Part shown: in pieces, positions 45,658 to 55,176 of the stretch
Numbering within the stretch: the stretch's first letter is position 1
How the letters are laid out: each line of letters begins with the position of its first letter
Assembly (NCBI GenBank): GCA_964473905.1
Contig: CAYYQY010000002.1
Location: 7,683-71,682 of the forward strand
DNA: 64,000 nt
DNA from: an uncultured Dehalococcoidales bacterium
GTDB lineage: Bacteria > Chloroflexota > Dehalococcoidia > Dehalococcoidales > CAYYQY01
Direction of reading: 5' to 3'
Position numbers and translations under genes: made by a program
Notes under the pieces: generated by a model
The model's input: only the letters and a program-made list of their open reading frames with translations
Told to the model about the DNA's origin: nothing
The model's database searches: none

Positions 45658-46920
45658 ATGAGTCTTGCCGGTAGAGATGAGGTTAAGGCACTGTTTAAAT
45701 ATCCTTTGCTGGAGGCTATTGCTCACCGCAGAGCCCGCCGTTTTCCGCTGGGCTGCACACTGGATTCGGAGGGACTTCAGTTTGTCTCCCAGCAGGAGCC
45801 GCTGCCGCTCAGCGATATAGAGACGGCTATCCTGTGCTGGGCCGGTAACGGTATAACGGGCAGTATAGTTGCTGATATGGCACCTAACCCCGGCGGTAAT
45901 CTTTTTAACAGCTGGTTGGGCAGGGCTGTCCCTTATGCCTGTAACGTGCACAATGTGAAGCTGTTTTTCACCGATGATAACGGCACTTTTGTTTATCACC
46001 CGGAGAATGTGGCGAAACCGATGGCGGTAGATGGTGAGGAAGATTGGGAAAATATAATGACCCAGTACCGGGAAGGCTGCGAAAAAGTAATGGATGAGAG
46101 GGTGGATTTTGTGCACAGGTCTCTCATCCGGCAGATGCACTGGAATACCAATAAACCGGGGACGACAATCTTCATACCGGTTGCGGACCAGACCGCGGAG
46201 TACATAGATTTTTTGCTGGGTGTCTTTGACTATGAAGGCTATGGATACCAGCTTTTTGATGGTGCCCGGGGGTGTCTGGCCGGGCTTGAGGAATGGATTA
46301 GCTCGGGCAAGCTAAAGGGGCCCAAAGTGGATATGGCGTCATTTGAGTTTAGCGTCCTGGGGCTCAACCTGTCACCGGCTTACATGATGCTTGAGAATAT
46401 ACATCTGGTAGCTGAGGCCATGGGGCTGGGTTCGGTGGTATTCGGTGGCTACACCGGTAAGGTAATGCTGGGGGTTACCCCGATGAGCGCGGGTCTTGGC
46501 TTTCGTTCCGTTGCTGACAAAAATGATAAGCCCAACCCGGTGGGTCTGGATGGTGTATTTGAGGGCTACTGCCCGCCGTATTACGGCAGTATGGGTGAAG
46601 CGGTAGAGGCGTTTGCCGAGAAGAAATTCGGCTCCGGGTCGCTGTATTCGGCCGAATATGACGGCTTGTTGCCTTTTAAAGATTGGAAAAAGGTGCAACC
46701 GCACTACCATCACCCGTCCCGAACGTCAATAGAGCAGGTAAAAGCGTTCTGCAACTATGTCTACGAGACTTACGGGCGGTTTCCGGCAACCTTCGATACC
46801 ATGCTGGTGCCCATCTGGCTACAGGCACATCACCTTGAGTTGGATTTTTATAAAAAGTACTATCCCGGAGAGATGGTGACCGAGGTGCAAAGACACCACC
46901 TGGAGCAGTGGCACAGGTAA
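45658..46920 (+). CDS. Nitroreductase-superfamily-like protein, unusually long (420 aa); function unknown
   Basis: LLEAIAHRRARRFP near the N-terminus and MMLENIHLVAEAMGLGSVVFGG resemble nitroreductase-fold motifs. Long insertions and the C-terminal extension are unassigned. AAGGAGGA SD. Confidence 0.4.
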   Translation: MSLAGRDEVKALFKYPLLEAIAHRRARRFPLGCTLDSEGLQFVSQQEPLPLSDIETAILCWAGNGITGSIVADMAPNPGGNLFNSWLGRAVPYACNVHNVKLFFTDDNGTFVYHPENVAKPMAVDGEEDWENIMTQYREGCEKVMDERVDFVHRSLIRQMHWNTNKPGTTIFIPVADQTAEYIDFLLGVFDYEGYGYQLFDGARGCLAGLEEWISSGKLKGPKVDMASFEFSVLGLNLSPAYMMLENIHLVAEAMGLGSVVFGGYTGKVMLGVTPMSAGLGFRSVADKNDKPNPVGLDGVFEGYCPPYYGSMGEAVEAFAEKKFGSGSLYSAEYDGLLPFKDWKKVQPHYHHPSRTSIEQVKAFCNYVYETYGRFPATFDTMLVPIWLQAHHLELDFYKKYYPGEMVTEVQRHHLEQWHR

Positions 46921-46929
46921 TTTCCCAGA

Positions 46930-46953
46930 AGGCTGCCGGTATACCGGCAGCCT
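46930..46953. terminator. Strong bidirectional stem-loop between convergent genes (10-bp perfect stem, TATA loop)
   Basis: AGGCTGCCGG (46930-46939) / TATA / CCGGCAGCCT (46944-46953), with T-rich sequence nearby on the plus strand. Confidence 0.6.
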
Positions 46954-46966
46954 GACATTTTACCGG

Positions 46967-47257
46967 TCAGGTAATAAAGAAAATACTCACGTTCCAGATA
47001 ACAATGCCGCCATAGAGCATGACAAAAAATCCGGTGGTGGTGAGTGCTATCTTCGGCGAGCGTTTATAAATATCCCAGAGAATAAGGGCGCACAGCAGTA
47101 CGCCGACTACTTTGATTATTAGAAAGTTATTTTCACCAACAAGTGGTAAAAGAAAAGGGTTACCCTCACGCGCCAGACCGTTCCGGATAAGGAAGTGGGT
47201 CAGCACACCATCGGCAATATCAAATATGACTAACAGGATGATAAGATATTTCATCAT
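46967..47257 (-). CDS. Small membrane protein (DUF5658-like)
   Basis: 96 aa with 3-4 TM segments. IADGVLTHFLI..GLAREGNPF resembles DUF5658 as I recall it. Confidence 0.5.
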   Translation of the reverse strand: MMKYLIILLVIFDIADGVLTHFLIRNGLAREGNPFLLPLVGENNFLIIKVVGVLLCALILWDIYKRSPKIALTTTGFFVMLYGGIVIWNVSIFFIT

Positions 47258-47355
47258 GTCAGCACTCGCGGCAAGGTTCTTTATTCCCTCTTGCCAGCTT
47301 CTTGTTTCCCCCGGTTAAAACTTAATTATTTACAGGCGAACCAGATAATCATAAA

Positions 47356-48834
47356 TCAGGAAGGTTCTCCGAGACTGTCTATAGCCAGAGAGATACGTTT
47401 CAGGCAAAGCTCTTTACCCAGGACAGCCATGGTCTCAAACAGTGGCGGCGCCGCCGTGCGTCCGGTAGTGGCTACTCTGAGTATGCCGAAGAGCTGGCCG
47501 GCTTTAAGTTCCAGCTCTGCGGCGAGTGGTCTGAGTAAAGCCTCCAGAGAATCAATATCGAACGCGGCTGATGCCTCCAGCTTTTCCCGTGCCTGCTTAA
47601 GCGCATTCAGGGTTGAGGCTTGATCCATCTTCTTGCCAATAAGCAGACTGGCGTCATAGTCAAGCGTGGCTAAAAAGAAAAAGTCGGTTAGGCTGGCCAC
47701 TTCGCTCAGTGTCCGTGCCCGCTCATGGATAAGTGGCATAATCTGGCTTACGTAGTTGGTGGATAGCGGGCGTTTTACCTCTTCGGGCAGGCCTTGTTCC
47801 AGAAAGGGCAGAGTCTGCCGGGTGAAATCCTCCAGCTTCAGGTTACGGATGTAAACGCCGTTCATCCAGTCCAGCTTGTCATGGTTAAATATAGCCGCCG
47901 TTTGGCTGACCCGTTCCAGTGAGAAGTTTTTTGTAAGCTCTTCCATGGACATAATCTCGGTTTTATCATCCAGTGACCAGCCCAGAAGAGCTAGAAAGTT
48001 AACCATCGTCTCTGGCAGGTAACCTCTGTCTTGATACTCGGTTATGGACACTGCCCCGTGACGCTTGCTCAGTTTGGAGCGGTCCGGTCCCAGTATCATG
48101 GGCAGGTGAGCAAATAACGGTGGCTCAAAGCCCATAGCCTGATATAGAAGCAGGTGTCGGGGAGCACTGGACAGCCACTCCTCAGCCCGCAGCACATGGC
48201 TTATCTCCATGAGGTGGTCATCCACGATGCTGGCCAGGTGATAGGTGGGGTAGCCGTCTGATTTTAGCAGGACGAAATCATCAATAGTGCTGTGATTGAA
48301 TGTTACCTCGCCCCGGATTAAATCGTTAAACGTTGTCTTGCCTTCAAGCGGTATCCTGAAGCGGACTACCGGGGTAATACCCTCGGCTTCTCTTTGGGCA
48401 CGTTCCGCATCGCTCAGGTTTCGGCACCGCCGGTCGTAGCCGGGCGGCTGTTTACGTTTCATCTGTTCGGTGCGCATCTCTTCTAACCGCTGTGGGGTGC
48501 AGTAGCAGTAATAAGCGTCGCCCTGGGCTATCAGACGCTCGGCAGCTTCGTGGTAGAGCGCCAGACGCTGTGACTGGAAGTAGGGGCCGTAATCGCCACC
48601 TGCCTCCGGCCCTTCGTCCCAATCCATCTCCAGCCAGCGCAGACCATTAAGAATAGCATCTGTAGCACCCTCTACTTTTCTGGCAACATCGGTATCCTCT
48701 ATACGGATGATGAACCGGCCGCCGCTGTGGCGGGCAAAGAGCCAGTTAAATAGTGCCGTCCTGATATTGCCTACATGGGGAAAACCGGTGGGGCTTGGTG
48801 CGTAGCGTACTCTAATTGGTTTAGTCATATCCAT
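47356..48834 (-). CDS. gltX: Glutamate--tRNA ligase
   Basis: RVRYAPSPTGFPHVGNIRTALFNWLFAR (HIGH region), RIEDTD, and KLSKRHG (KMSKS). Confidence 0.95.
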   Translation of the reverse strand: MDMTKPIRVRYAPSPTGFPHVGNIRTALFNWLFARHSGGRFIIRIEDTDVARKVEGATDAILNGLRWLEMDWDEGPEAGGDYGPYFQSQRLALYHEAAERLIAQGDAYYCYCTPQRLEEMRTEQMKRKQPPGYDRRCRNLSDAERAQREAEGITPVVRFRIPLEGKTTFNDLIRGEVTFNHSTIDDFVLLKSDGYPTYHLASIVDDHLMEISHVLRAEEWLSSAPRHLLLYQAMGFEPPLFAHLPMILGPDRSKLSKRHGAVSITEYQDRGYLPETMVNFLALLGWSLDDKTEIMSMEELTKNFSLERVSQTAAIFNHDKLDWMNGVYIRNLKLEDFTRQTLPFLEQGLPEEVKRPLSTNYVSQIMPLIHERARTLSEVASLTDFFFLATLDYDASLLIGKKMDQASTLNALKQAREKLEASAAFDIDSLEALLRPLAAELELKAGQLFGILRVATTGRTAAPPLFETMAVLGKELCLKRISLAIDSLGEPS

Positions 48835-48886
48835 ATATCAGGTATAAAACTTACTTTCCCATTCTACCATCTTGGCCGTCAGGAAT

Positions 48887-49789
48887 CTAGGTAATGTTGC
48901 TTAACGCCTGCTCCAGGTCGGGCGGCAAATCCGAGGTGAACTCCAGGTATTCACCACTCGCGGGGGCATATAAGCCCAGGCGGGAGGCATGCACGAACTG
49001 CCGCGACACAAGGGCCGATTTAACGCCGTAGGTAGTATCGCCCACTACCGGATAGCCGATAGCGGACAGGTGAACCCGTATCTGGTGGGTGCGTCCGGTT
49101 TCGGGGCTTACTTCCAGCAGGGTATAGTTGCCGATATATCTAGTTACCTGGTAAAGGGTGCGTGCCTCTTTCCCCTCACCCGCGGCGACTATCGCCATAC
49201 GTTTCCGGTTACGGCTGTCCCTCCCGATAGGAGCCTCAATGATACCTCTTTCCGGGGTCAGGTGATTTTTTACCAGCACGATGTAGGTTTTGGCTATACG
49301 GTGTGTTTTAAACTGCTTTATAAGCTCGGCTTCGGTGTGGCTATTCTTGGCTATTACCATGATCCCGGAGGTGTCCTTATCCAGACGGTGTACGATTCCC
49401 TGACGCTGCAGGTCCTGGCTATCGCCCAGATGAGGCAGGTAGGCAATCAGGGCATTTACCAGTGTGTGGCTCTGGTGGCCCGGTGCCGGATGAACGGTCA
49501 GTCCGGGCGATTTATTTATAACCAGCATATTTTCGTCTTCGTAGATAATGATTAGTGGGATAGCCTCGGGCAGTAATGTAGCAGGAGATACATCGGGGAC
49601 AGTGATATCTACCCGGTCACCGGGACTGAGCCTGGCTTTAGATTTGGTCGGCGCGCTGTTTATCGTGATGTAGCCGCTATCAATAAGCTTCCGTACCTGT
49701 GTTCGGGTAAGCTCGGGGTACTGCTGGCAGATATACCGGTCCAGACGAATGTCCGACCCGTCGGCTACGAAGCTGTATTTTTTAGCCAC
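48887..49789 (-). CDS. rluD: RluA/RluD-family 23S rRNA pseudouridine synthase with an S4 domain
   Basis: N-terminal S4-like RLDRYI, then HRLDKDTSGIMVIAK (catalytic Asp) and GRTHQIRVH. Confidence 0.9.
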   Translation of the reverse strand: MAKKYSFVADGSDIRLDRYICQQYPELTRTQVRKLIDSGYITINSAPTKSKARLSPGDRVDITVPDVSPATLLPEAIPLIIIYEDENMLVINKSPGLTVHPAPGHQSHTLVNALIAYLPHLGDSQDLQRQGIVHRLDKDTSGIMVIAKNSHTEAELIKQFKTHRIAKTYIVLVKNHLTPERGIIEAPIGRDSRNRKRMAIVAAGEGKEARTLYQVTRYIGNYTLLEVSPETGRTHQIRVHLSAIGYPVVGDTTYGVKSALVSRQFVHASRLGLYAPASGEYLEFTSDLPPDLEQALSNIT

Positions 49790-49790
49790 G

Positions 49791-50267
49791 TTACTGCCTC
49801 TCAGCCAGTGCCAGGCGCAGGAGTGAATAGGCGAATATGATGGTACCTATGGTTGTAGCCGAGTCCGCGATATTGAATGTTGGCCAGAAGCCGATATTTA
49901 TGAAGTCCGTAACCCCGCTAAGGGCGGGATTCAGGCGGTCAATCAGGTTACCGGTGGTCCCGCCGAAGATAAGACCCAGGGCTACCCAGCCTCTTGAGTT
50001 ATTCAGAAACGGGAAATACCGGTACAGGTAGAGAGCATAGGTAAGAAGTAGTGCCACGACTATCAGGGATACGATGATCAGTATGAAGGTTTGCCCTCTG
50101 AACAGGCCAAAAGCAGCCCCGGTATTTGGCGTGATACGGATAATTTGAAAGAATCCAAGCTCAAAAAATGACTCCCCGATAGCCAGGTTGGTTCTTATCC
50201 AGATTTTACTGAGCTGGTCAGCGGCTACTATTATAGCGGCGGTAAGGAAAAAGATGATGATCCGCAT
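49791..50267 (-). CDS. lspA: Lipoprotein signal peptidase II
   Basis: DQLSKIW, NTGAAFG, GNLIDRL and FNIADS motifs. The ATG at 50267 sits 1 nt after the upstream stop and is preferred over the ORF-track start at 50297. Confidence 0.88.
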   Translation of the reverse strand: MRIIIFFLTAAIIVAADQLSKIWIRTNLAIGESFFELGFFQIIRITPNTGAAFGLFRGQTFILIIVSLIVVALLLTYALYLYRYFPFLNNSRGWVALGLIFGGTTGNLIDRLNPALSGVTDFINIGFWPTFNIADSATTIGTIIFAYSLLRLALAERQ

Positions 50268-50268
50268 T

Positions 50269-50649
50269 TTAGCCTGTAGAATGCTTACTCTTGGCATCCT
50301 TTCCCCGTTTAGATTTGCAGCTAAGGCACAAATTTGCCTGGGGCAGTGCTTCCAGACGGGCCGGGTCTATAGATACACCACACATATCGCACAAGCCATA
50401 GGTGCCCTTTTCCAGCTTATCAAGTGTATGCTCCAGTTCCGCGAGGAGGTCTCTCGTTCGTTTCTCCATAGCGGTGCGCTTCTCGAACTCGTAACTCTCG
50501 GTAGCTTCCTCTTCTCTCTTACCGAAGGGGCTACCCTCCCGTCTTTCATCAGCGGGTCCCACTCGCGATTGTAATTGCTCTAATTCATCGATAAGACGCA
50601 TCCGCTCCTTTTCCAATCGGGACCGAAGCAAGTTATCTTTTTTAGTCAC
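50269..50649 (-). CDS. DksA/TraR-family C4 zinc-finger protein
   Basis: Coiled-coil N-terminus plus CDMCGVSIDPARLEALPQANLCLSC (CxxC-N17-CxxC). Confidence 0.8.
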   Translation of the reverse strand: MTKKDNLLRSRLEKERMRLIDELEQLQSRVGPADERREGSPFGKREEEATESYEFEKRTAMEKRTRDLLAELEHTLDKLEKGTYGLCDMCGVSIDPARLEALPQANLCLSCKSKRGKDAKSKHSTG

Positions 50650-51012
50650 TTCTTCCTCCCACCCGTCGGTTTGAGACAGGTCCTCGTGAGTTTTTTACCA
50701 TGACTGTCGTGCCAGTTACTACGATGATATTATCTTGGAGCAACCATAGAAAACGGTAAGGCACATCCGGATATTAATCCGAAACTATGAATATGATGAC
50801 TACTAAAATCTTAGCTCACCTGCTAAGCGTAAGACCAATACGCATAGCCGATGAGCCGCTGCCATTAACTTATATATACCGTCTAACGGTTTATTAGGTA
50901 ATAATTATAACTAATTCTCAGTGGAAATAATAACAACTATTACATCCTAGTTTAGCCCATTTATTTTGTTTGGTCAATGTCTGTTAAGATGAATTTAGTA
51001 GTAATTATTAGT

Positions 51013-51042
51013 TTGACAGTTCAGACAGGGGATAAATATAAT
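51013..51042 (+). promoter_or_regulatory. Sigma-70-type promoter, consensus TTGACA - 18 nt - TATAAT
   Basis: TTGACA at 51013-51018 and TATAAT at 51037-51042. The -10 overlaps the ATG at 51041 used by the ORF track, which argues for the downstream GTG start. Confidence 0.55.
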
Positions 51043-51100
51043 GATTAAGGAGTATGTTCCCCCGCTACTGGTTTCTCAGTTATCTCTGAGGAGTATATTA

Positions 51101-52318
51101 GTGCTGGCATTAGAAGGCATAAAAGTTCTGGATCTCACCCGGATTGGCCCCGGGCCTTTCTGCACCATGGTTCTTGGCGACCTCGGTGCAGAAGTAATAA
51201 AGGTAGAATCGCCCCCGGCGGTGGGGAAGCGTAAGGGCGGTATTTTTCACTCGCCGGTGGCTGAAGACGGCCGGAGAGAAGCCGCCTACCAATGTATTGA
51301 TAGAAATAAGAAGAGTATCGGGCTTAACTTGAGCTCCAAGAAAGGCCGTAGCATCTTCTACCGGCTTGCCGGGACGGCGGATGTCATTGTTGAGGCGTTC
51401 CGGCCGGGTGTGGTAAAACGGCTGGGTATAGATTACGAGACTATAGTTGAGGTAAACCCACGGGTCATATACTGCTCCATCAGTGGTTATGGCCAGGATG
51501 GGCCCTATAAAGACCTGTCCGGTCATGATATCAACTATATTGCTATGGGTGGCTTGCTGGGTCTTATCGGGGGAGCCAGCGGTCAGCCGGTTGTCCCGCT
51601 GAATATAATAGCTAACCATGGCGGTGCCGGTATGAATGCGGTCACCGGTATTCTGAGCGCTATTATTGCCAGAACCAGGACGGGGAAGGGGCAGTATGTT
51701 GATATAGCGATAGCAGATAGCGTTATTTCACTTCTGGCTGAACATACCGTTAAATATCTGCGTGATAATATAGTTCCCAAGCGTGGCTGCACTACCGAAA
51801 GCGGTGGTTATCCTTACTATAATGTCTATAAGACCAGGGATGATAAGTATATTACCATTGGCTGTATTGAACCCTGGTTGTGGGAGAACCTGTGTAAAGA
51901 GATGGGTCGTGAGGATTATATAGACTATCACTTTAGCCCTGAGCATTTCCTTTACTCGCCGGAGGATGATAAATGGCAGGAAGTGTCCGCTTGCCTGGAG
52001 CAATATTTTCTGACCAGGACACGTGACGAATGGTTTGATATTTTGAGACGGAAGGATATCCCGGTAGCCAAGGTGCATTCGCTGGATGAGGTTTTTAGCG
52101 ACCCCCAGGTGCTGCACCGCCAGATGCTGATAGAGGTTGAAGATGCAACCGTTGGCAAAGTAAGGCAGATGGGTGTTGCCATAAAGCTTTCCGATACGCC
52201 CGGTAGTGTTCGTAGACTATCGCCTACCCTTGGTGAGCACACCGGGGAGGTACTAAGTAGCTTGGGCTGTGACCAGCAGCAAATAGATAGCCTGCGCCAG
52301 GAAGGGGTAATAAACTAG
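51101..52318 (+). CDS. Family III CoA-transferase (CaiB/BaiF / alpha-methylacyl-CoA racemase family)
   Basis: LEGIKVLDLTRIGPGPFCTMVLGDLGAEVIKVE, GRSIFYRLAGTADVIVEAFRPG and DINYIAMGG. GTG at 51101 follows TGAGGAG (51087-51093). The alternative ATG is at 51041. Confidence 0.85.
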   Translation: MLALEGIKVLDLTRIGPGPFCTMVLGDLGAEVIKVESPPAVGKRKGGIFHSPVAEDGRREAAYQCIDRNKKSIGLNLSSKKGRSIFYRLAGTADVIVEAFRPGVVKRLGIDYETIVEVNPRVIYCSISGYGQDGPYKDLSGHDINYIAMGGLLGLIGGASGQPVVPLNIIANHGGAGMNAVTGILSAIIARTRTGKGQYVDIAIADSVISLLAEHTVKYLRDNIVPKRGCTTESGGYPYYNVYKTRDDKYITIGCIEPWLWENLCKEMGREDYIDYHFSPEHFLYSPEDDKWQEVSACLEQYFLTRTRDEWFDILRRKDIPVAKVHSLDEVFSDPQVLHRQMLIEVEDATVGKVRQMGVAIKLSDTPGSVRRLSPTLGEHTGEVLSSLGCDQQQIDSLRQEGVIN

Positions 52319-52332
52319 AGTTAGCAAAGGGG

Positions 52333-52581
52333 GTGAACGAAATGGGAGCACGGGCATATGTTCTCATCGAGACGATGGTGGGTAGAGCCAAGGAGGTTTC
52401 CTCGGTGATTGGCAAGCTGGAGGGAGTGACTTCTGTTGATCTGGTTACCGGTCCCTATGATGTTATCGTGGTCGTGGAGAAGGACAATTTGAATGAGGTG
52501 GGGGACCTGGTGACCGGGAAAATCCATCCTATTGCCGGCATCTCCCGTACCGTTACCTGTCTGGCAATAAGTGGTGACTAG
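52333..52581 (+). CDS. Stand-alone Lrp/AsnC-type ligand-binding (RAM) domain protein
   Basis: 82 aa. AYVLIETMVGRAKEVSSVIGKLEGVTSVDLVTGPYDVIVVVE is the AsnC_trans_reg pattern without an HTH. Confidence 0.7.
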   Translation: MNEMGARAYVLIETMVGRAKEVSSVIGKLEGVTSVDLVTGPYDVIVVVEKDNLNEVGDLVTGKIHPIAGISRTVTCLAISGD

Positions 52582-53435
52582 CCTCCCGCCAGGCTTTCTA
52601 CTCTCGCTATCACCTTTTTTATGGTTCGCACGTCGGTAGAAGTTCCAGACGTTATGCCCACGTAATTTTTGTCCCGGAGCCATGAAGGCTGGAAGTCTGC
52701 TGCCGTTTCAATCAGGTATGTCTGGGTGATAGCGGCGCACAGTTCGGCCAGGTGCCTGGTATTGGCGCTTGTCGGACTACCAATAACGAGCATCAAGTCC
52801 GCTTTTTTAGCTAACGAAGTGGCTGCTGCCTGCCTTTGTCTAATATCATGGCATATGGTGTCCACCAGGCGCAGTTCAGAGTCCTGGGTAAAGGTGGCAT
52901 CAATAATGCTCCTGGCAAATTCAATAAATTTTGCCGGCATCTGTGTCGTCTGGGAGAGCAGTCCCAGGCGGCGGGGTATACGCTCAAGGGTATCCAGAAA
53001 ATTACCGTCCAGCGTCGCTATCCCTTTGCCCCGGGTCTGCCCCAGGATGCCTTTGACCTCGGGGTGATGCGCCTCACCGTATACTATAACAAAGAAGCCG
53101 GACCTCGCCAGCTTCTGGGCGGTGACCTGGGCCCGGCGGACAAAGGGGCAGGTAGTGTCTATTATGTCAATGTTGCGTTTCTGGCTCTCTTCTATCACGT
53201 CCGGGCTCACGCCGTGAGCACTGGTTACCAGGTTTTTACCCCGTACCTCGTCCAGGTTATCAACGGTTTTCACTCCATGTTCAGCCAGTCTTTGCTGTAC
53301 CTGCCGGTTATGAACTACTGCCCCGAGTGTTTCTATGCTGCCCTGTTCCTGAGCCAGCTTCTCCACAATGTCAACGGCCCGCTTAACGCCGAAGCAGAAA
53401 CCTATCTCGCCGGTTGTTTCAATTCTGGTTGTCAT
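52578..53435 (-). CDS. ispH: 4-hydroxy-3-methylbut-2-enyl diphosphate reductase
   Basis: GFCFGVKRAV, VHNRQV, DTTCPFVRRA, TICHDIRQRQ (three cluster cysteines) and SANTRHL. Confidence 0.92.
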   Translation of the reverse strand: MTTRIETTGEIGFCFGVKRAVDIVEKLAQEQGSIETLGAVVHNRQVQQRLAEHGVKTVDNLDEVRGKNLVTSAHGVSPDVIEESQKRNIDIIDTTCPFVRRAQVTAQKLARSGFFVIVYGEAHHPEVKGILGQTRGKGIATLDGNFLDTLERIPRRLGLLSQTTQMPAKFIEFARSIIDATFTQDSELRLVDTICHDIRQRQAAATSLAKKADLMLVIGSPTSANTRHLAELCAAITQTYLIETAADFQPSWLRDKNYVGITSGTSTDVRTIKKVIARVESLAGG

Positions 53436-54057
53436 AGTTGCCTCTATACTGTCGGGGGAGGATTTCCGCTATACGTTGCATTAGAATTTCGGTGAAATTG
53501 ATAAGCTCTTGCCGGGACAGATTGCTTGCGGGTCGGGGCAGATAGAACGGCTCGCCGAAGTGAACCTTGATAACCGGTCGTTTGAAGAGCCATGACGGGT
53601 GTTCAATTTGCTCCGTGCCGGATATGGCTACGGGCAGTATGGGAACACCGCTACGGGAGGCTATCCGGGCGGCGCCGGAGAAGGCAGGGCGCAGTTGCCC
53701 GTTGCGGCTTCTCGTGCCTTCGGGAAACATCACCAGAACCAGACCATCACTTAGTACCTGGTATGTTTGTCGTATCCCCTCCCTGTCAAGCCGCTCCCGG
53801 TCTATGGGGAAAGCGCCAAAACCGCGAATAAAATAACCGATAGCTTTGCAGCGGAACAGATTTCTTTTGGCCATAAAGGCTGTCTTTCTTTTAATGCTGA
53901 TGCCAAGCAGCGGCGGGTCAGCCAGGCTGAGATGGTTGGCCACTACCAGTAGTGGCCCCTCGGTGGGAATATTTTCCTGGCCTTCAACCTGAAAACGGGT
54001 CAGCAAGAGAACGATTACTCTTATTATGGCACGGATTATATAGTAAAACCACGGCAC
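53419..54057 (-). CDS. plsC: 1-acyl-sn-glycerol-3-phosphate acyltransferase
   Basis: NHLSLADPP (HX4D), FPEGTRS and PILPVAISG. Confidence 0.88.
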   Translation of the reverse strand: MPWFYYIIRAIIRVIVLLLTRFQVEGQENIPTEGPLLVVANHLSLADPPLLGISIKRKTAFMAKRNLFRCKAIGYFIRGFGAFPIDRERLDREGIRQTYQVLSDGLVLVMFPEGTRSRNGQLRPAFSGAARIASRSGVPILPVAISGTEQIEHPSWLFKRPVIKVHFGEPFYLPRPASNLSRQELINFTEILMQRIAEILPRQYRGNYDNQN

Positions 54058-54182
54058 TTCTTTATCCAGTATGGCCTCGTATTTCTACAGAAATTATACC
54101 CCAGCACTGGAGTATATAACAAACTTGCTTGAAACGGTCTTTTGTTACATAATACCGTGTAATGTTGGCCGGGAGGTGAGAT

Positions 54183-55175
54183 ATGGAGATAGGCATAGGC
54201 AAAATAAGGGGCTTACAGCAGATTGCTGATTCAGACGGTATATTGTCTATGTGCGCTATGGATCACCGCGGGTCATTACGCAGTATGATTGCCGAGGAAT
54301 GTAACCGGGCAGTTGAATACTCCGAAATGGTGGGTCGTAAAATTGAACTGTGTTCCATTCTGGGCAAGCATGCCAGCGCTGTCCTTTTAGACCCCGTATT
54401 CGGTGCTGCTCAGTGTATAAGCCGTACGGCCCTGCCCCGTGATACCGGGCTTCTGGTCAGTATTGAGGCTACCGGTTATTCCGGGGGGCAGGAACAGCGT
54501 CTTACCCAGCTACTTGAAGGGTGGGGGGTTGAGAAAATTAAGCGTATGGGTGCCTCGGCAGTTAAGATACTGGTGTATTACCGTCCGGATTTGAAAGAGC
54601 TGGCCCGGCAGCAAAGGGATGTAATCAGTAAAGTGGCCAATGAATGTATCCGGTATGATATTCCTTTCCTGGTGGAGCCAAAAAGTTTCCCCGTAGGTGA
54701 TGAAATCAATAATCCGGCGAAATTTGCAGCTATCAAGGAACAACTGGTCATTCAGTCGGTTGTAGATATCACAGCTCTACCCATAGATGTGCTGAAGGGT
54801 GAGTTCCCGGTAGACCTTGGACCTGAACGCAGTGAAGCCCATGCTATCGAGATCTGCCGGCAGTTAAATGATGTGTCCAGAGTGCCCTGGGTCATTCTGA
54901 GTGCCGGGGTGGACTTTGAACTTTTCTGCCGGCAGGTGGAGATTGCCTGTAAGGCTGGTGCCTCCGGTTTTTTGGGCGGGCGGGCTATCTGGCAGGAAGC
55001 CATGAATATTGATAATGAGCAGAAGAGAGTTGGATATCTGTCAACGGTGGCGGTGGACAGGCTGAAAAAGCTGATTGGCATAGCCTCCAGGTATGGTGTA
55101 CCGTGGTACCGCAAGTTCGGGGGGAGTGTCGGTGAACTTGCCAAGATATCAGAATCGTGGTATAAAGAGTATTAA
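54183..55175 (+). CDS. Class I tagatose-1,6-bisphosphate aldolase family protein (LacD-like)
   Basis: GILSMCAMDHRGSL, AVLLDPVFG, ASAVKILVYY, IPFLVEP and ILSAGV...GFLGGRAIWQ are collinear with LacD. Confidence 0.8.
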   Translation: MEIGIGKIRGLQQIADSDGILSMCAMDHRGSLRSMIAEECNRAVEYSEMVGRKIELCSILGKHASAVLLDPVFGAAQCISRTALPRDTGLLVSIEATGYSGGQEQRLTQLLEGWGVEKIKRMGASAVKILVYYRPDLKELARQQRDVISKVANECIRYDIPFLVEPKSFPVGDEINNPAKFAAIKEQLVIQSVVDITALPIDVLKGEFPVDLGPERSEAHAIEICRQLNDVSRVPWVILSAGVDFELFCRQVEIACKAGASGFLGGRAIWQEAMNIDNEQKRVGYLSTVAVDRLKKLIGIASRYGVPWYRKFGGSVGELAKISESWYKEY

Positions 55176-55176
55176 A

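Noticed and set aside
52836-53495. 219-aa plus-strand ORF
   Set aside because: It is antisense to ispH, which has all three cluster-cysteine motifs.
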